DNA of 59,312 nt, counting the filler, from Squatina squatina (lineage: Eukaryota), in assembly GCA_031763465.1 (NCBI GenBank). It is 3 parts of 3 records of this genome, joined end to end, with 100 filler letters (N's around TTAATTAATTAA, not from the genome) between each part and the next. Parts side by side here need not be neighbours in the genome. Positions count along the whole stretch, not along the records: positions 16,128 to 44,475 come from JARFOE010000115.1; positions 44,576 to 59,312 come from JARFOE010000234.1; 1 more part is not named here. One strand, 5' to 3'. Below are positions 37,000 to 49,600 of the stretch, in pieces. Every line of letters starts with the position of its first letter. Position 1 is the stretch's first letter. Below the pieces are notes generated by a model. It ran no database searches. It was given only the letters and a program-made list of their open reading frames with translations, and had not been told where the DNA came from. Made by a program: the position numbers and the translations under genes.

Positions 37000-37725
37000 A
37001 CAGGTGCACCCATTGCTATTTGTACAGGTACCTCAAGCGCATCTTCAGCATTTCGATTGCTGCTCGGTGACAGTTCTCGTGGCCATGTGGCTTTGATTGT
37101 ATCTTTCCTGGGCCTCTTTGTTTGGGCTCCTGCTGGGTGTCATCAGCTACATCTTCAGGGGGTAGCCCTTGTCTCCAAGGAGCCAGCCGCTAACTCTGCT
37201 ATGAGGCCCGCAGAGCTCTGGGAGGGTTGACTGAGACAGGATGAAAGCTTTATGGCTGCTGCCTGGGGATCTTGCACACACCTGCATGATGATCACTTTG
37301 TGGTGGCATACGAGTTGATGGAGTGGATGCCCTTGCAGTTGATGAAGATTCCAGGTCGATCTGTGGGTGCCCTGATTGCCACATGTGTGCAAACGATGAC
37401 TCCCTGGACCTGTGGGAAGCCAGCCAGAGCCGCAGAGCTGAGCACCCGCTCATTCTGACTGGCCTCATCTGTTGAAAAGTGTTTATAATTACCGCACTGG
37501 CATTGGTCACCTGAGTGATGCATTTGTGGGCAGCAGATTGCAAGATTTTGAAGATATCTTCTGCAGATACCTGGAAGGAGCTAGAGGCAAAGAAATTGGG
37601 GTGGTGATGACTTTGACCGCCACTGGCAAAGCATGCCCACCAGGTCCACTTGACAGGAGGCCTTCTTCCAGGAGGCTGAAAATGTCTGTGACCACCTTTT
37701 GAGACACCCTGGCCTCCTGAGGCAC
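37000..37725 (-). mobile_element. Degraded PIF/Harbinger (HARBI1-like) DDE transposase
   Basis: Collinear motifs across frameshifts: [27 protein letters not shown] (first catalytic D changed to V), [46 protein letters not shown]. Confidence 0.88.
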
Positions 37726-38139
37726 TGGTAAAATTAAATTTTCAGGGCCAGAGAGGTTGTTTGGCAGTAATTATTACTTATCATGTTGTTAAAAATGTAC
37801 TTACTANNNNNNNNNNNNNNNNNNNNNNNNNNNNNNNNNNNNNNNNNNNNNNNNNNNNNNNNNNNNNNNNNNNNNNNNNNNNNNNNNNNNNNNNNNNNNN
37901 NNNNNNCTACCCGATTGGTTGGGGCCTCCTACTTGATCCCACCAGTGTATGTGAACCGCATACACTGGGGAAATCCCTGGGCCGCTCCACCTATGCTCCT
38001 GTGGAGGTTCAGGAATGCAAGGCTGTGAGCCTCCCAGACCACCAGGTAAATTCATATGGATCTTTCCGGTTGGAGGCCTACATCTGTAGGAAGGCTCCGA
38101 TTGGAATTTCAGCTCCAATATTTTCTAAATGGTGAGAAA

Positions 38140-38835
38140 CTAGGACCTGTTGATGAGCAGAGACTTAGGGGTTCAAATACAGAAATCACCAAAAGCTAGA
38201 GGAAAGGGACAAAATCTTTTTGAAAAAGCTAATGGAATATTGACCTTTATTTCAGGAGGGGTGGAAGTTATGCCACTGCTGTACAGAGCTCTGATTTACA
38301 TTTAGAGTTTTGAATTCAGCTCTGGACACCACACCTCAGGAAGGATAGAGTGACCTTGGAGGGAGTGCAGCACAGATTCACCAGAATGATACCGGGACTA
38401 AGAGGATTAAATTATGAGGACAGATTGCTTAGACTAGGCTTGTATCCTCTTCAATATAAAAGATTGAGTAGTGATCTAATTGGAGGCGTTTAAGATGTTC
38501 AAAGAAGATGATAGGGTAGATAGAGAGAAACTATTTCCTCTGGTGGGGGAGTCCAGCACAAGAGGGCCATAGCCTAAAGATTAGAGCCAGGCTGTTCAGG
38601 AATCATGAAGGACTTCTCACACAAAGGGTGATGGAAATCTGGAACTCACCCAAAAAGCTGTTGAGGCTAGGTCTATCGAAAATTTAAAAACCGAGATTGA
38701 TGGTTTTTGTTAGGCAAGGGTATTAAGGGTTACAGAATCAAGGCGGATAGTTGGAGTAAAGATACAGATCAGCCATGATCAAATTGAATGTCAGAGCTAG
38801 CTCGAGGGGCTGAATGGCCTATTCCTGTTCCTATC
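38140..38835 (+). mobile_element. CR1 LINE 3' end, degraded
   Basis: gacttaggggttc..., ctggacaccacacctcaggaagga, gagtccagcacaagagggccat and a CR1 3' UTR (gaggggctgaatggcctattcctgttccta). Confidence 0.85.
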
Positions 38836-39089
38836 GCTCTCATAAAGCCATTAATAGGGATCGTCTTTTGCTTGCTCATCTCTGAATACATGTTATTGTA
38901 TTTCAGAAAGGACAATTTACCATAGCAAAAATGTGCTTACTGTAAAGGTCACCTCATGATACATGTTCCCTCTAAATAAGATGAAAATCTTTAGATTGAT
39001 TCCATAATCACTGTTGTCCATGTTGTAGCCCCAAATCTCTGATCTATGCTCCCTCTTTGCAGGAAAGCAGAGAAATCAAGGGCGAGAAA

Positions 39090-39335
39090 CAAATAGGGCC
39101 ATAGTGCAAAAAAAATGCTAAGATGTCTAAGAATGTTAAAAAGACAAGCCTAAAGGCATTGTGTCTTTAATGCGTGGAGCATTCGTAATAAGGTAGATGA
39201 ATTAACAGCGCAAATAGATATAAACAGTTATGATATTGTTGCGATTACGGAGACATGGCTACAGGGTGACCAAGGATGGGAACTGAACATCCAGGGGTAC
39301 TCAATATTTAGGAAGGACAGGCAAAAAGGGAAAGG
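39090..39335 (+). mobile_element. CR1 ORF2 start (endonuclease N-terminus)
   Basis: NAWSIRNKVDEL...YDIVAITETWLQGDQGWELNIQGYSIFRKDRQKGKG. Confidence 0.85.
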
Positions 39336-39562
39336 NNNNNNNNNNNNNNNNNNNNNNNNNNNNNNNNNNNNNNNNNNNNNNNNNNNNNNNNNNNNNNNNN
39401 NNNNNNNNNNNNNNNNNNNNNNNNNNNNNNNNNNNCATTTCCTTCTTGCAGTGCAAACCCCGAATTTCTTTTAAAAAGTTAAAAAGCATTAGCACCTGGT
39501 GCTAATTTTATCAACTTTTAAAAGTTAGTGTCCCAAACTGGGAGGTCCCAAATTTCTCCCCC

Positions 39563-40072
39563 ATAGAATCATAGAAATGCACATGAAGCAGCCACTTAGC
39601 CCATCGAGCCTGTGCCAGTTCTCTGCAAGAGCACTGCAGCTAGTCCCACTCCTCCGGGCTTTCCCTGTCGTCCTGCAAAATTTTTTCCTTCAGGTACTTA
39701 TCCAATTCCCTTTTGAAAGCCACGATTAAATCTGCCTCCAACATCCTCTCAGGCAGTGAATTGCAGATCCTATCCACTTGCTGCACAAAAATGTTTTCCT
39801 CATATCACCTTTGGTTCTTCGGCCAATCACCTTAAATCTGCGTCCTCTGGTTCTCAACCCTCCTGCCAATGGGAGCAGTTTCTCTCTCTCTAATCTGTCT
39901 AGAACCCTCATGATTTTGAACAGATCTGTCAAATCTCCTCTCAAACTTCTCTGCTCCAGGAGAACAACCCCAGCTTCTCCGGTCTATTCAGGTAACGGAA
40001 CGCCTCATCCCTGGAATCATTCTTGTAAATCTTTTCTGCACCCTCTCTGAGGCCTTCACATCTTTCCTAAAG
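39563..40072 (-). mobile_element. CR1 LINE 3' end
   Basis: FRKDVKASERVQKRFTRMIPGMR; RGDLTDLFKIMR...LRTRG; catagaatcatagaa tail. Confidence 0.9.
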
Positions 40073-40227
40073 NNNNNNNNNNNNNNNNNNNNNNNNNNNN
40101 NNNNNNNNNNNNNNNNNNNNNNNNNNNNNNNNNNNNNNNNNNNNNNNNNNNNNNNNNNNNNNNNNNNNNNNNACACCATGCTGATCATCTTAAACATGGT
40201 TAGTGTGACGAGCACAATGTTACTCAC

Positions 40228-40360
40228 AGAATCATCATCTCCTTCTCGTAATCCATAGTTCGGCAACATAGCCCCTTCCATCGTTGTGCTTTTAAAGACT
40301 CCTTTAAGCTTGCTGCCTATTCGACTTATTCCAAAAGACTCTCCACGTTTATTGGAGCCC
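40228..40360 (-). CDS. SNX14: SNX14 internal exon (linker between RGS and PX domains)
   Basis: gtcattcag|G GGC TCC AAT...GAT TCT|gtgagt; 133 nt encoding [44 protein letters not shown], matching recalled SNX14. Confidence 0.92.
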
Positions 40361-43349
40361 CTGAATGACAGCAGATAAATGGATCAGTAAATCCTTTAAG
40401 CGCAAATCATTACACTAATTGAATAAATGTGGGACATGCAGTGCAATGAATTTGAGCTCATGCTGTGGTCTGAGTTAAACGGTAGCTCCGATTTGCCTGT
40501 TTGCTTGGGTTATCAATAGTTGTTTGAAGGCAAGAATCAGAGCTACAATTTACAAGGGTAAATTTGTACACACTTTTTTCCGTGCGTTTTAGTGTAAAAT
40601 AATCAGCAAGTGAAACTGTGGAAACAGCAAATAAGGTGCACTGAATTATCAATCAATCTTACTCATTACAAAAATGACAAGTCAATTCTCATTGGTAAGA
40701 GCAGATATTGAACACTTTTGGAAGCAAATATAGAACCCGAATATTTGAGAGCTTCCGCTAAATAGTCCAACTCTGTCGATACAACTTTGGTCTTCATGTA
40801 TCCAATGCTTGCATCAGAACTAGATGTGGTGTTTGCACCTGTCAATCATGGTTACAGTCATTCTATTGGTGGAAAGCAAGACGGTTTTAACTCCAGGAGC
40901 CACCACATTAAAAAAAATACAACTGGGGGGAAAAGTGTGTTCTAACGNNNNNNNNNNNNNNNNNNNNNNNNNNNNNNNNNNNNNNNNNNNNNNNNNNNNN
41001 NNNNNNNNNNNNNNNNNNNNNNNNNNNNNNNNNNNNNNNNNNNNNNNNNNNNNNNNNNNNNNNNNNNNNNNNNNNNNNNNNNNNNNNNNNNNNNNNNNNN
41101 NNNNNNNNNNNNNNNNNNNNNNNNNNNNNNNNNNNNNNNNNNNNNNNNNNNNNNNNNNNNNNNNNNNNNNNNNNNNNNNNNNNNNNNNNNNNNNNNNNNN
41201 NNNNNNNNNNNNNNNNNNNNNNNNNNNNNNNNNNNNNNNNNNNNNNNNNNNNNNNNNNNNNNNNNNNNNNNNNNNNNNNNNNNNNNNNNNNNNNNNNNNN
41301 NNNNNNNNNNNNNNNNNNNNNNNNNNNNNNNNNNNNNNNNNNNNNNNNNNNNNNNNNNNNNNNNNNNNNNNNNNNNNNNNNNNNNNNNNNNNNNNNNNNN
41401 NNNNNNNNNNNNNNNNNNNNNNNNNNNNNNNNNNNNNNNNNNNNNNNNNNNNNNNNNNNNNNNNNNNNNNNNNNNNNNNNNNNNNNNNNNNNNNNNNNNN
41501 NNNNNNNNNNNNNNNNNNNNNNNNNNNNNNNNNNNNNNNNNNNNNNNNNNNNNNNNNNNNNNNNNNNNNNNNNNNNNNNNNNNNNNNNNNNNNNNNNNNN
41601 NNNNNNNNNNNNNNNNNNNNNNNNNNNNNNNNNNNNNNNNNNNNNNNNNNNNNNNNNNNNNNNNNNNNNNNNNNNNNNNNNNNNNNNNNNNNNNNNNNNN
41701 NNNNNNNNNNNNNNNNNNNNNNNNNNNNNNNNNNNNNNNNNNNNNNNNNNNNNNNNNNNNNNCCAACACCCCCGGTGGAAACCACTAAATTCAGCCTAGC
41801 CCAGGGATGGGCCATGGAACCAGCTCGAGTTGCAGGACTAGGTGCCAATACATACAGCTGGTCCAAGTTAACCTTTAAAGAAAAATGGTAAGTTATGGCA
41901 ACTTTAAAATGTTATAACGGGCTCATTGTAAATTTAGTATCAAAAATAAATCTAAAAATTCCAACTATTTTTCTTTGTCTGTCCCCTTCTCCTTGTACAC
42001 ACGGACAAGCCCAAAAGCAAACACCGCACAGATGAGCTCTCTCAAAGGGGAACTGCAGCATTTCATCAAAAAATGAAAAATGTTGTTTATCAAATCACTG
42101 AACTTAAATTGCACAAATAATTTAAAGATTAATTTGCTAATTAAATTGTGCACTAACACAGCCCATCAAGCAGCCTATTTTCAAAATGACAAGCAATTAT
42201 GTCTACAGTAGTGTGAAAATTAGACCCAAGCTTTTAATAAATGAGATAGAATGTGGCTTTGACTCCATTTACTGCAAAGACTTCCATTAATACATGCCCA
42301 CTAAAATCAAATTTATGTTAAGACATTCTCGTCAAAGACAGTGAAGGAGAAATTGGAATATACTGTATTGACAAGCCTCTGGAGAAGGAACATTCCAGTT
42401 CATGTATGAATATACATCAATATAAAACATGCTCACATAAAAAGAATTGTGTTTATTAAGGGATGAGTGCACCAATCGAGAAAGTACTAGTCATCAACAA
42501 TCTCCCCCATGCTGTCGAGCATGGCAGATGTTTCATGATCCTAGAGGAAAGTGCACTCATAAATCAATGCAATTTAAAGCATTTTGAATGATAGGATAAT
42601 GTGAAAAATTGACATGTCTACTTCATGCATGTAGAAAAATCATTAGTGTTTTAGTCCTGTTTATAAGTATCACCGAATTTTTAAAAATCACAAATTAGAG
42701 ATTGTGCACTTACTGAATGGACAAGAACATTTGATAAACCATTATCGAGCTGCCATAGTCCCCTTAAAATGAACGGTTTGATTCTTGTTGTGTTAACCAA
42801 ATACACAGAGTGCACTTCAATATGTTTTCCTGATTGGGATTTGAAACCGGGACATTTAAGGTAAGACTACATTCGGATTAAAACCGCATTTCGGTTTACT
42901 TCAATATCCTTTTTACTTCCTTTGCTAAGTAATTTGCCAAAACACATCCTCTGGCAAACAGGTTTAATCCAGGCCACTGAATTTACAGAAAGGCACAATT
43001 CAAGCACTGATTTGGTTCCGGTTGGCGTTTCCTCCCGGAAGTGTGTGGCATTCCCATTTAGCTGGCTGCACCAGCAGTGAAAAATTCACTTGAAGGGAGG
43101 CTGGCAGTTTCAAGCAATGGGCATCCCACATCTTGAGCCCATAGTCAGGGCACAAATTATTCCAATCCCTGCAGCACAAAGGCATCTAAATCACCTGGGT
43201 GTGAGCAAACCTTACAGTGGTCAGACTTTAATAGTGAATTGGAATTAGATACCGTGTTTGGTTTCAATACAGTCATCATACAGTTTATTATTTGTAATCT
43301 ACTGACCAGAATCCATTCCAAACCATATCAGCAAATAGTAGAACTTTGG

Positions 43350-43625
43350 CAGGAGGGTTGATAACCAGAGGACATGGATTTTAGACAATTGCCAAAAGAA
43401 CTAGTGGGGATATGAGACGACTTTTTTTTTAATATAAACACAGCGAGTGATCTGGAATGCGCTGCCTGAAAGGGTGGTGGATATATTCAATAGTAACTTT
43501 CAAAAGGAATTGGATATATACTTGAAAAGGAAAAATTTTCAGGGCTATGGGAAAGAGCAGGGGAGTGGGACTAATTAGATAGCTCTTTCAAAGAGCCCGC
43601 ACAGGCACAATGGGCCAAGCAGCCT
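43350..43625 (+). mobile_element. CR1 3' end fragment
   Basis: ggcaggagggttgataaccagaggacat...tggaatgcgctgcctgaaagggtggtgg...gggagtgggactaattagatagctctttcaaagagc. Confidence 0.8.
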
Positions 43626-44475
43626 TCTTTCTGTATTGTATGATTCCGCACCAACTTTTAGGCATTAAAGTTCTTGCTTGCAACAGGAGTTCCACAGTAT
43701 ACTTGTCACTGGAGCAAGAGCCTAAACGGGACCATATATCTCAGGAATATCTCTAATGAGAAAGAAGCATTGGGGCATCAGTCCTCACTGGTCACATTCT
43801 AAACTGTGACCCAGTGCAACTGAAGGTCTCATTGCTATCCATGGTCCGTGTGAAGATGAGCACATAAAATAAGCAGAACCTTTACACTGAACCAAACCAT
43901 TTATCAAACAGACAATGTAAGCAATCCAGTTATGAAACCCTAAATTATAAACGAATAAATGAACACAAAATATACATGTGCTTTAATGATTGGTGTGATA
44001 CACTCTTGACACAAACATGTATGCTAAAGAAGCACATGGTATGAATGGACCCTGTGACTTACATNNNNNNNNNNAGCAGGGAGAGAAGGTAAAATGCCAG
44101 ATGAAAGTGTTAGAATTGAGTGGACATTAGGAAAAACAGATGCAGATGAGGAGCCTTGATTCATGGAAGCAGCTTGCCCTAGAGACGCAGACTCAGTGCC
44201 CCGTTTACATTCTTGTTCGAGGCTAACTCTCAAATTTGATTTTTTTTTTATAAAACATATCCAATCGGCAGCATTAATCAATAGAAAGAAAAACAGATAA
44301 ATGTTAGCTTCAGCACTTGCATTCATTAATGGGAGTATTCTACGGCCAGCCATTTGTTTCTGCATTCATTCACAGACTGCTCTGGAGACACAGACAATTC
44401 ATGCTACAATGCTTTCTGCCTTTATAACCACTGACATTTCACCTCAAACATTTTTTTACTCATAAGCTTATGATT

Positions 44476-44575
44476 NNNNNNNNNNNNNNNNNNNNNNNNN
44501 NNNNNNNNNNNNNNNNNNNTTAATTAATTAANNNNNNNNNNNNNNNNNNNNNNNNNNNNNNNNNNNNNNNNNNNN
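44476..44575. other. Artificial scaffold linker N44-TTAATTAATTAA-N44
   Basis: Same structure as 16028-16127. Confidence 0.95.
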
Positions 44576-44623
44576 TCGGTGTCCCGGCTGTCGCTCTCTC
44601 TCTCTCGGTGTCCCGACTCTCTG

Positions 44624-44668
<45 letters not shown>

Positions 44669-44702
44669 CCCGGCTGTCGCTCTCTCTCTCTCGGTGTCCC
44701 GA

Positions 44703-44742
<40 letters not shown>

Positions 44743-44880
44743 CCCGGCTCGCTCACTCTCTCTCTCTGTGTCCCGGCTCTGTCTGTCTCTTTCGCTCTCT
44801 CGGTGTCCCGGCTCTCTGTCTCTCGCCCTCTCGGAGTCCCGGCAGTGTCTGTGTCTCTCTCTCTCTCTCTCGCTCTCTCA
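44576..44880 (+). repeat. Pyrimidine-rich minisatellite: CGGTGTCCCG(G/A)CT core separated by variable (CT)n runs
   Basis: About 8 core copies are visible, and the array runs up to the FCHO2 acceptor AG. Confidence 0.9.
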
Positions 44881-44881
44881 G

Positions 44882-45081
44882 GTATCCTCAAATGGTATTC
44901 AGTCAACACCACTAAACCTAGCTACCTACTGGAAGTGCAGTCTTACCACTACAGATATTCGAGTGGATTACAAATATAACCCGGAAGCTATGGTTACTCC
45001 CTCTGTGCTATCAAATGTCCAAATTTTGATGCCAGTCGATGGTGGAGTTACCTGCATGCAGTCACTGCCTACTGCTATCTG
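44882..45081 (+). CDS. FCHO2: FCHO2 exon (mu-homology domain)
   Basis: ctctcag|GTA TCC TCA...ATC TG|gtaatt; 200 nt encoding [19 protein letters not shown]...[10 protein letters not shown]...PVDGGVT.MQSLP.AIW, FCHO2-type rather than SGIP1 or FCHO1. Confidence 0.93.
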
Positions 45082-46495
45082 GTAATTTAGAAACCCAAAC
45101 CTTTTATGCAACTTAGCAAAATAGTGCTTAGTTAACATGTTACTGATATGGAGAAATATATTAGAATTGAGATGGGTCTGTGCTTAGTTGAGCCAGTAAG
45201 ACTCCCTTATAAAATGCATTGTTCAATCTAGCATTAATGAAATGTTGGAAATATCAGTGGTTTTGCCTTGTATGTCAAACCTTTTCTCCCCTTTCCTTCA
45301 GGTGGGAGAATCCACAGTTGCACCTACCCACAGTCAGGATCATTATATTTACCTCTCTCTCCCCACCCACCCCACACTAGCCATTTCATCTCTGACGTCC
45401 TGTCAGTATATAACACATTAGATAGCCTTGTAATGATCCTATCCAAACAACGAACAAATTTAACTAAAATTGTAACCAGCCCTGGCGATTGCTTGGCATT
45501 CAACCTTTTTGAATGTAATGTTTTTGTTTACCTACTAGCTTTCCTTCTTGAGTAACCTTAGAACTAAACTGAAGTCACAGCTAATAAATTAACAGGATAA
45601 ACAGTGCATCCTCTTTGGTAGAGGGATTTGAGGACAAAGTATCCCAATCTTTGGAGTTATCTGCAGGCCACAAGGCTTTGTCCATCTCCTCTGATACAAA
45701 GGCAATTAAACCGTAATCCGACAACCCCAACTCTAGCATCACACCATGAGCTCAATGTAGATGCTCTTGTCCCTACTACTAGCTGATGGGTATTTTTCAA
45801 CATCATCTTCAGGTGAGCCTTAGAAAATTGAACAGATGCCTCCAATGGATAATAAAAGATTTGCAACCAGGTCAAGAGGGGCTACTTAATTACTTCCATA
45901 AAAAATGAAGTGCTAGTGTATCACATTTGCTGGCATAAGGTGTAGATGGCTATAGCCAGTGATGCCACAGGTTTGTCCATTGATTGTGATACTAACCTAT
46001 ATAAGCAGTTTAGACATTGTTGATCAATTCACTTTAAGTTTGGTTTGGAATCATAAGCCTAGAAATTCGATATCGGTAAAAACCTGCCGGTGCCACCTTG
46101 GCCGCCAGAAATGGTGCTGGAAGGACTGGTGAATTGGTGCTGGTGGCTAACTAACATTAGCCCAACGCTAAACTTACAGTGTAACGCCGTTCTGGTGGCG
46201 TTCGTCCCGGCAGGAGGCCCCAATGTAGCATGGCCTAGTGTCGTTGCAGCAAGAACAGCCTGCTCTTAAAACAAAGCTGTCATTTCAGAAAGCAGTTCGG
46301 TCTCTTAAAGGGGAGCTGCCTTCTGAAAATGAAAAAATAAAAATCATTTAAAAATAGTCAGTTTTTAGCCCTTACAACTGCTGTCTAAAAAATATTCACA
46401 TTAAAAAGAATTCCCAAATGGGAGTTTCAGCTCTTAAAGCTGAATTGCCTTCTGCACCCTAAAAGAATGGGAAAAATGCTTCAGCACTAACACAA

Positions 46496-46669
46496 ATGGC
46501 TCAGCAAGCCAGGGAAGGGGCACCCGGGGTCTCACACACAATGCTCCAGCTTTGTGCAGGGGTCAACACAGCAAGCCAGGTCCTCTACCCACTGCAAACC
46601 AGGTGGCCCGCCACAAAGAATGAATGATGTGGGGCCAGATCACCAAAGCCGTCACTGCCAGCATGACCT
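46496..46669 (+). mobile_element. Harbinger-associated Myb/SANT-like ORF remnant
   Basis: Frameshifted MAQQAREGAPGVSHTMLQ...GVNTASQVLYP...MWGQITKAVTASMT resembles the start of Harbinger Myb-like proteins, and it lies downstream of a GC-rich terminal segment starting at about 46057. Confidence 0.55.
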
Positions 46670-49600
46670 NNNNNNNNNNNNNNNNNNNNNNNNNNNNNNN
46701 NNNNNNNNNNNNNNNNNNNNNNNNNNNNNNNNNNNNNNNNNNNNNNNNNNNNNNNNNNNNNNNNNNNNNCAGCACGATCACTGGAACAACCCCTGGGGAA
46801 GTTGCTGCCCCTCCTCAGGAGTCCCCAACACCCCGATTGCGAGCAGACCATTGTTCAATTAATTACGGTGCTGCAAAGTCAGCGGCTGATTGCTGGTCTC
46901 TGCTTAGACGCTCCTCTGTTGTCAGTGGCCTGTCAGTGAGACGAACCCTTACCCCCGATAAAACCCTCACCGCACAACAAACATGGTTAGAAATATCGCG
47001 GCCCAGCTTCTGGACTGAGAAATGAGCTGCTGGGCAAAGTTTGAATTTCCAGCTGGTCAACTTGTGGGTCATTTAATTAAAGTTTTTATATAAACGTGGA
47101 TAGAATAAAGTGAAGATATTACATTAATGACAGTTGCAAAAAATATTTCACAAATGTGAAAAGGCCCATAAAGTCATGAGCAGTGCAGGCAAGTAATGAG
47201 CTAGGAACAATCTGTCCTGTTGATTACAAGGTGAAGAATACTAAGGGGTTAATTAACTGCATTTACTTTTATTTACAGTGCAATTAATGATCATATTCCT
47301 GTACAATGGAATTATCACTAATCCCTGTAAAATTAAAATTGGCCACCATTCATTGGGACCAGTGCCATCACTTTTGTCCATTCGGTGCATTCTCTTACTG
47401 TGGGCTTCATGTTCGTATACATGCACTAAAACAACTGTCTATAGGTGAGAATGTATTGATACTGTGTGAAGGCTGAGAATGTAGGTACTGGTCTACAATT
47501 TCACATGGTAGATATTTTTATTCTCTGAATGGTAGCAGCAGTTTTTTTTATATCTTGGGGGATGGTATTCCGTTTTTTTTAAACTGGGAGTACCTGGAAT
47601 TTATGTCTTTTTTTAAATGTACTTGTGTTACTTCAGAAATTAAATAAATGTCATCTGGTGTTTCACCAGGTCACCTGGTTGAGCAAAACTGGAAGTGTTT
47701 TTGTATCTTGCAGAGTTTCAGATCAGTTTATTATTTGGCCTATATATAGATAAAGCCCTTTAACCACCCCATCACCGAAAGTGCTGAAGTTACAGTTCGC
47801 GTGCCAACATTAGCTCATTGATATCTATTTTAACAAAGCTAGCTTTTTTTAAAAAATGTGCCTGTATCATTCTTATTGTGCCTCTTGTTTTTTTTTCTCA
47901 ATGAAAATCCCTTATCTAAGCTAAACAATTTTTATGTATGAACATTACAAAAAATTGTATATAAATATACTAATAATCCTTAATTTCTTTTGTATTTGGA
48001 TTTAGAAGGGAAAATGGATGTGATATAACTGGAGTCTGTGGTAAATAGTGTTTCAGAAATGTTATTCCTTTTGATGGGGTATTTGCAATAAACAGCAGCT
48101 ATTGTAATGGGAAACATTTGATAAATATTTTATAAGATGCTCGTGTTTTTAGCCTGATATATAATACATCCACTGTTGAACAAGTGACTTGCTTTCATGT
48201 TTCATGTTAGCATAGTTTCAGGTGCAGTGAGTATGGTCAACTTTTAAACAAAGTGTGAAAACAACAAAATATGTAAAAAAAAAATGAAATTTTGTTTTAA
48301 GATTTTCTATTCGCAGTTAATTGTCTGATCAACTTTATTTGGTCTAGAATATGAACTTTAAACTATAATACCTGAAAATCATTGGTATTATTAACTATCT
48401 TTAAAAAAGAAGTGATGCTTCCCAAAAGGGTATAGATTTTCATCTATAGTGGGGGTTTTTTACAAAACCGCAGGACTTGTGACTAAATGTTAGATCACAA
48501 AATACCCAATGTTTTCTTACAAAATTTTCTACTTCACTTTAATATGGCTTTTTAATTGAGGCAAATGTGCACTTGCTAAATTTGAATGTTATTTGGCATG
48601 AATGTATTTGTATTAAATATGATGCCTCTTTGTTTAGAAAAAATGTACAGNNNNNNNNNNNNNNNNNNNNNNNNNNNNNNNNNNNNNNNNNNNNNNNNNN
48701 NNNNNNNNNNNNNNNNNNNNNNNNNNNNNNNNNNNNNNNNNNNNNNNNNNAAAATTTATCTGGACTTCCCATTACTTACCTTTTCTCCAGCACATGGACG
48801 TCAAGTGATTCATTTCAACTGTGGTGCCCTATTAGTCAAATATGATTGCTTAGGTGAGATACTGGAGAGTGCCCATGGAACTGTACCCCAGTGAGGGTTT
48901 CATACTTTAAGAAGGCAAGGAAATGCTGAAGGTAAAAAAAAAATTGCATAGCAAAGTCGGGAGCTTTTTCCAGACATAACTCTTGCCAAGCTGAGCCATG
49001 CTAACACCAATTATAGTGCCTCCATTATTGCTGGGATTGTCTACTCCAAAACACATCAGGCATCAGTTTGGGAGCTCTGATTTGTATCGATCAGTACCAG
49101 ATTGTTACTCAGTGAGTCACTGGATTCCAGCAAGAGTTTTGTTTGAAGGGTTTTTATAGTTTCTTCATTAATTTGAAATATTAAAATTCCTACTTAAGCT
49201 TTCAAAATAGTTTTTATTTCACAAACTTGTATTAATTTTTTTGTACATGAAGATCACATTTCTAATTGTATAATGGAAAATCTAGCCAGGACCACCTGAG
49301 CTGGTTTGCAGATAATCTGGTGCCAAAGGGGAGGGAGAAATCCCAGTGATAGGAAAAGCAGCTGTGAGGTGAAAGGAACAGTGGCAATAATGGGAAAAGC
49401 AGCTTTGTTTGCTGAATGGCCTTTTGGTTCTTTGAAATATGTTTACGGTCCTCTATCATTTCATAATGGGCATATTTGGACAATGGAAGTCCTAACGTTT
49501 TTTTTATTGATCTGTAATGTCTGTGAGTGGATAATAGCTGGCTCCAGTTGTTGTTCCAGGTATCTAAAGCAGTATCTGTGATAGGCTGTGTGTGTAACTT

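Noticed and set aside
41763-41891. Open frames beside a strong plus-strand donor (aaaatg|gtaagt)
   Set aside because: No recognisable peptide in any frame, opposite strand to SNX14 and truncated by a gap.
44576-44880. Repeat-spacer appearance suggestive of a CRISPR array
   Set aside because: The spacers are (CT)n rather than unique sequence, the context is a vertebrate intron, and no cas genes are present.
44520-45085. RE/SL-repeat ORFs resembling RS-like low-complexity proteins
   Set aside because: They are translations of the (CT)n minisatellite; only 44882-45081 is a real exon.
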